From the NCBI GenBank assembly GCA_964016885.1, contig OZ024743.1, positions 329,406,001-329,470,000 of the forward strand: a DNA stretch of 64,000 nt, read 5' to 3'. The position numbers and the translations under genes were made by a program. This DNA is from Eledone cirrhosa (taxonomy: Eukaryota). How positions within the stretch are numbered: position 1 is the first letter of the stretch; every line of letters begins with the position of its first letter. Below are positions 58,459 to 64,000 of this stretch, in pieces. The notes below the pieces were generated by a model. That model searched no databases. It saw nothing but the letters and a program-made list of their open reading frames with translations, and was not told the DNA's origin.

Positions 58459-60709
58459 GCTGTGAAAGACCACCCGGAGAAGTAATGCCTTCTCTGCGAA
58501 AGTTTCATTCACTACAGATGACAAAGTGTCTCTGAAAGATGAAAAATTGTTCCAAACATTTAGACGTGTAAATAGAGATAACCAGAATATTGGAAAGGAA
58601 AATAGAAACATTCTGTCTAATAATAGTTACCTTGTGTATGATAAGGAAGTAAATATACTGTGAAATATGTTTGGTCCAAGGAAGGAAAATATCCCTTACA
58701 AACATGACAGGCCAATCATGGGTCTAGTTACATTGTTTTGTAGAAGTCCAGCAGTCCATGCATACAAGTCTCTTCTCTTTGCACCGCAAGTGTTGGTCAA
58801 GGAAAAGGCTGGTACAGCTGGTACAGCTTGGCAACAATGTCGTCACAACTCATATTTCCCTAACAGAGTGTTGTGGAGCAACGTGAAATTTAGTGTCTTG
58901 CTCAAGGACACAACACATCACCCAGTTCTGGAATAGAACTCACACCCTTACGATTGTGAGCCCAGCTATCTAACCCCTAAGCTATGCACTTTCATGCAGC
59001 GAGGAGATAGTTAATAAATTGACACCAACTTTAGATAACGAGTTATTCTCGTTGTTTCTTTTGTCTTATTTGGCATTAATCCAAATGCAACTGTAGAAGC
59101 TCCCTTTTAAATTTCGAATTTAAGGGGGAAATGGTGAACATTGCTATGAAAGGGTTAACATCAGGCAGACAATTATATTATATAAATTAAGGAATGCAAG
59201 GTTCGAATGGAACAGCTTCAGGCTAGCAGATAGAAAGAAATTAATTCATTACGCTCCATTAGAATCCTTTGGAAACTGCCCAATGTACAACATTTCACTG
59301 ACATATTGAGAAAAGCAGGAGCATTGTGATTTAGCAACTGTTAATAGAATAGGTTGGTACGTTTTGGTTAGGGTTTTCGACTCACAATATAAGATTTTAG
59401 GTTCAATTCCTGGACCAAGCAGTGTGTTGTGTTCTTGAACAAGGCACTTAATGTTTGTTGATTTTCATACAACTGGGAGTTCATATAATTAAAGCACCGA
59501 ATAAACATTCTAAACTAAGTAGATGGCCAAGTTAAACCTGCATAATTGAGATCTGTAAATTCCTTTTCAAGGTCATGTGTTCGCTTCCCCGGCGGTGTGT
59601 AGTATCCTTGAGCAAAACATTTTATTACACTTTTATCCATATAAATATATATTCTCTCTCTAAAACAATATTAATATCTCATTAAATTTAGTGTGGTGGC
59701 GATTGTCCGTAAAATATAGGTAAAGTCTTCGCAAATTTTGGTAAATCGTATAATAGTTCTGTTCCAGGTTGAACTAAGTTTGGAACATATGCCTAGGAGA
59801 AAGCTGCTGTGTGCAAGTATATATTATTAACACTATTTGTTCTGTTAGTCTTTTAATGTTAACTATTCTGCTATTAAATATTAACTTCTGTATCTAACTT
59901 CGATCTCTATCAAACCATCACATTTCAATGTAGGTAGCACGATACTGTATGTGACCATAAAGAAAATCTTATTGCCGTATAAAGAAATTTGATATAACGA
60001 TTTCGCTATAAGGAAGTAAAAATAACAAGTTCCATATAAAGTGCAATGTAGTGAGAGTTCGATATATAAAACGAATGATAGATATAAAAGACATCGATAT
60101 AAAACTGAGTTAGATGAGTGAGATAAAAGGATTTGGCAATAAAGATTTCGTATAAGAAGTTTGTATAAAGAGTTATATAGATTGGGATAGGTATAAAACG
60201 TTAGATATAAATTGTTAGATATAAAAACTGTGAGTAAAAAACAACAAAGGAAATAATATGGAATGCTATGTATAACGAGTTAGCAATAAGGAGTGGGCTA
60301 TTTATGGAAGAGAATTATGTGAATGTCGATTGAAGCGAAATCTAAGAGAATAAGTAGAGGAATAAGTATTATACAAAGATATAAAGGTAACAAGTTCAAA
60401 CCACAAGCAATTACTTGCAATCTAAAGTAGATTAAGGGTATTTATATTTATATAAGCCAGTATTTGTTCCGGCTGCTTAAGCAATGAGTTCAAATCACAC
60501 AGGAGTCAAATTACTCCTTCATTCTTCCAGAGACGATACAATAAAGGATGGGTTCAGGTTGGTGGATTACTGGAATAATTAAAGCGACGTTACTTTGTAG
60601 TACTTGTCCTGGCTGTGGGACTCTAGGTTCAAATCTTGCTGTGGTTTACTTGGATCACAGACAAAATAAAAAAGCAATCACCTAGTTTAACATCTTGTTA
60701 ATTAGTTTT

Positions 60710-61140
60710 GATAATAATTGTTTCTACTTTTTGGCACAAGGCCAGAAAATACCCAGTGCATTACTGGTACTTTATTTTATCGACTCCGGTAGGACGAAAA
60801 GCAAAACTAACCTCGGCGAAATTTTATCTCAGAACGTAAAGGCCCGTAACTCTATGACACAAGGTATCGTGTCTGACGCTGTACCGATGCTGCCAATCCG
60901 CTGCCTTATTGGTTTTTATAATAATGGTTTCTTATATAGGCACAAGGCCAGCAATTTTTGGGGAAGGGAAAGTCGATTAAATCGACCTCAGTACGTGACT
61001 GGTACTTTATTTTATCGACCCCTTAAGGATGAAAGGCAAAGTTAACCTCGGCGGGATTTGAACTCAGATCATAAAGGGAGGTAACTCTATGCTTCAAAGC
61101 ATGGCGCCCGACGCTCTACCGATACTGCCAATCCACCGCC
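60710..61140 (-). mobile_element. Two adjacent family A SINEs
   Basis: Reverse-complement copies with GATTTGAACTCAG and CCGATACTGCCAATCC. Confidence 0.75.
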
Positions 61141-61713
61141 CTTTTTTGATAATAATACAAATTGTTTCTAAGGAAAATTGAAATCGAATAAATCGACCCC
61201 AGTATGTTACTGGTGCTCTATTTTATCGACTCAGATAATAATAAGTACGTGCCTTGTAGTCATTTGAGTGGGGATATGTTGGGTCATGTTGGGGCACCCC
61301 CATCTTTTACTGTGGCCATGCTGGAGCAACATCCTCAAGGGATTGAGTCGATCATATCGAACACAGTATTTATTATTCCATCAATTCCGACGACGAGTGT
61401 TCCAGATTCTCAAACAATAGAATTGTCCGCTCGTGAAATTAAAGTACAAGTGTCTGAGCATTCCATAGCCATGTGTACCCTCATGGAGATTCGGCGTGAC
61501 TCAGTGTGTGACATGGGTGGCCCTTTGAATTACAGATGTAACTCATCTTTAGACTAGTGTAATATAAAATATGTCTTGCTGAAGGAAACAACGCACTGTC
61601 AAGAATCGAACTACTGGCTTTACCATTGAGAACCGAACTTCCGAATCCCTAAGCCAGGTACCTCACCAATCCTGAAGCCACGTACCTCACAAATCCCCAA
61701 GCCACGTACCTCA

Positions 61714-61776
<63 letters not shown>

Positions 61777-61805
61777 CATTTTCTAATATATATATACTTC
61801 ACTTT

Positions 61806-61876
<71 letters not shown>

Positions 61877-62116
61877 GTGAGGTTTTTTACAAAATGAAAA
61901 ATAACCGGTGTCCTACACGAGTGAAAGTATAAAGAAAAAGAAGATGAAATCGAAAATGCAACTGGAGTCTTATTTAAAAAAATATATATATATTTATTTG
62001 GTTCGTTTACCGTTCCGCAGTTCTTCTGCTTTTCAAAAGTAGAGTTGAGATGGAGGGTCTGTGGTTTTTCTCAATGATATTAATAAATGGAAACTATATT
62101 TATAAAACAAACTTTG

Positions 62117-62177
62117 TATTTTATCTGATGAGGGCGTACCAAATTTTTGATACCTTTGAAATATATATAATAAAATA
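62117..62177 (+). ncRNA. Type I hammerhead ribozyme
   Basis: TATTTTAT-CTGATGA-GGGCGTACC..GATACCTTT-GAAA-TATATA-TA^-ATAAAATA; same family as 1325-1387. Confidence 0.75.
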
Positions 62178-62310
62178 AATATGGTTTTATAAATATAGTC
62201 TTCATTTATTAATATCATTGATATTATACACCAGAAAACTTGTCGAGTACTTCGAATCAGTTATAAATATATATATTTGTTGGTAATTCAACAAATTAAA
62301 TATCCCTTTG

Positions 62311-62357
<47 letters not shown>

Positions 62358-62649
62358 ATATTTAATATAGAAATGGCTTTCTACAGGACTAGAAATATTT
62401 CATTCGTATGAAGTCATCAAGAACCCCGGGTGACATAGTAAGTCGTTGATATTCATTGGTTTCATGGTGGTTTGGGCGTTGATATTTATATCAAGGGCCT
62501 GCTTTGTCACCCGGCGTTCCACATGGCTTTATACGAATGAAACAGTTCTAGTCCTGTAGAAGCCATTTCTATATTAAATATTGATGTTCACACTCTACTA
62601 ATGTATTTAGTACCTTATTTACAGTGGTTACCCCCCTATTTAATTCAGG

Positions 62650-62736
<87 letters not shown>

Positions 62737-62740
62737 CGTG

Positions 62741-62771
<31 letters not shown>

Positions 62772-63447
62772 CGTATATACTCGAACACCTTTTTTTACCA
62801 AAAAAATCTGGAATTTTCCATTGACATCATGTAAAGGTCGACCCTAGTATTTCACGGATTAAAGGTCAACATTTGGTGGTCTAGGTATCATCCTGTGCGT
62901 AAAAATAACACTATTATAAAATCGTAATGAATTTAAAGCAAATATATATTATTGCAGATACTTGTCTGAAACTAAAAATTTACCCAAACATGTACCTACC
63001 TTACTATAGCCTGCCCTATAGTTGAGATGCTTGGTGCATATCTTGGAATGCTCGGTTTTTATAGTAAAATATCATATAATAACGAACATTACACATCTGT
63101 TGATAAGTGCTACATCACCATTACTAAAATCCATGTACTAGATGATTTACAAGCCTGCAAGTTTTACATTTTTCTCATTTCCAAACATAAATACATGCAC
63201 CAGCGCTCGTCTGATCGTCTGATTACAGAGAAACGTGGATTTTGTCATTTTTCCATGCATACAATAAGTGATATTACTGCAGTTTATTGATTTTGTTTTT
63301 ATTCGTTTAGAGAGTAGTCGGGCTTCTGATTCGGTACTGTAGATTCCAGCTAGAATTTCAAGGCGCTCAAAAGTAGTAACCATGTAATAGTCGATCCTTA
63401 TGAATATAAACTTAAAAGGTGGTCTACAAATTTCGACTTTTCAACGA

Positions 63448-63490
<43 letters not shown>

Positions 63491-64000
63491 ACACATCTCA
63501 AAATAATTACATCTAAAACTAAGAAAATCCCATGGTTAATACCTCTGAGTTTCACCCAACATATACATCCATATACGAACTCCAATATAAAAATTCTTGA
63601 ATGAAAATTACCTATCTAATTCAATCATGTGCTTTGCATTTCATCTCACATAACATATACCTATTTTATCACCACGTGTCTCTCTACCATATACCACGCC
63701 ATTTAAAAGAATTTAAACATTTCTAACACTTGTAACATGCTTTTACATTCTACACGAAATATGCTTATTTCAGCTGTAATATAACTCTTTCCTCATACAT
63801 GCCTTATTGATTGTATTGACTCTTGCATTACATACCCTTCACATTACCTGATTTCCAATGCTATGATATCTTATGTCTATCCTATCTTACATTTTTTTTC
63901 TTGCTTGTACCTTTTTTTGCTTGTACCTTTTGCACATGTATTACCTTAAACAATACCTTTATACATAATATGCTTATTTTTCACTTTTCACCATTGCTCC

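Noticed and set aside
63027-63383. Overlapping 87-aa and 78-aa ORFs as a possible host exon
   Set aside because: No recognisable domain or clear splice context; cannot be supported without transcript data.

Overview
AT-rich, microsatellite-dense eukaryotic DNA. The repeat families resemble those of Octopus/coleoid cephalopods (my inference, not a database result). I see no host protein-coding gene, and almost all listed ORFs are translations of simple repeats. The window holds tRNA-derived SINEs, MITEs, minisatellites and degraded retroelements: a Penelope-like element (RT + GIY-YIG), an R4/Dong-like RLE LINE, an L1/Tx1 piece and an RTE-like LINE with a 5' inversion. The main signal is RNA-level. 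About 40 type I hammerhead ribozyme (HHR) motifs from about 10 sequence families can be read by eye, nearly all with a self-complementary stem III and all within modules inserted in (TA)n tracts, usually as fold-back inverted repeats. The centrepiece is an 8.1-kb array (29668-37810) of a nearly invariant 465-bp unit with one HHR per unit (17 in total). It flips orientation at 33090/33091 exactly in register, as expected for a single insertion of a concatemeric cDNA with a 5' inversion. This suggests a retrozyme-like circular-RNA replicon mobilised by Penelope-like machinery. A diverged sibling with covarying HHR stems lies next to it, and two families carry a U3-A8 core variant.
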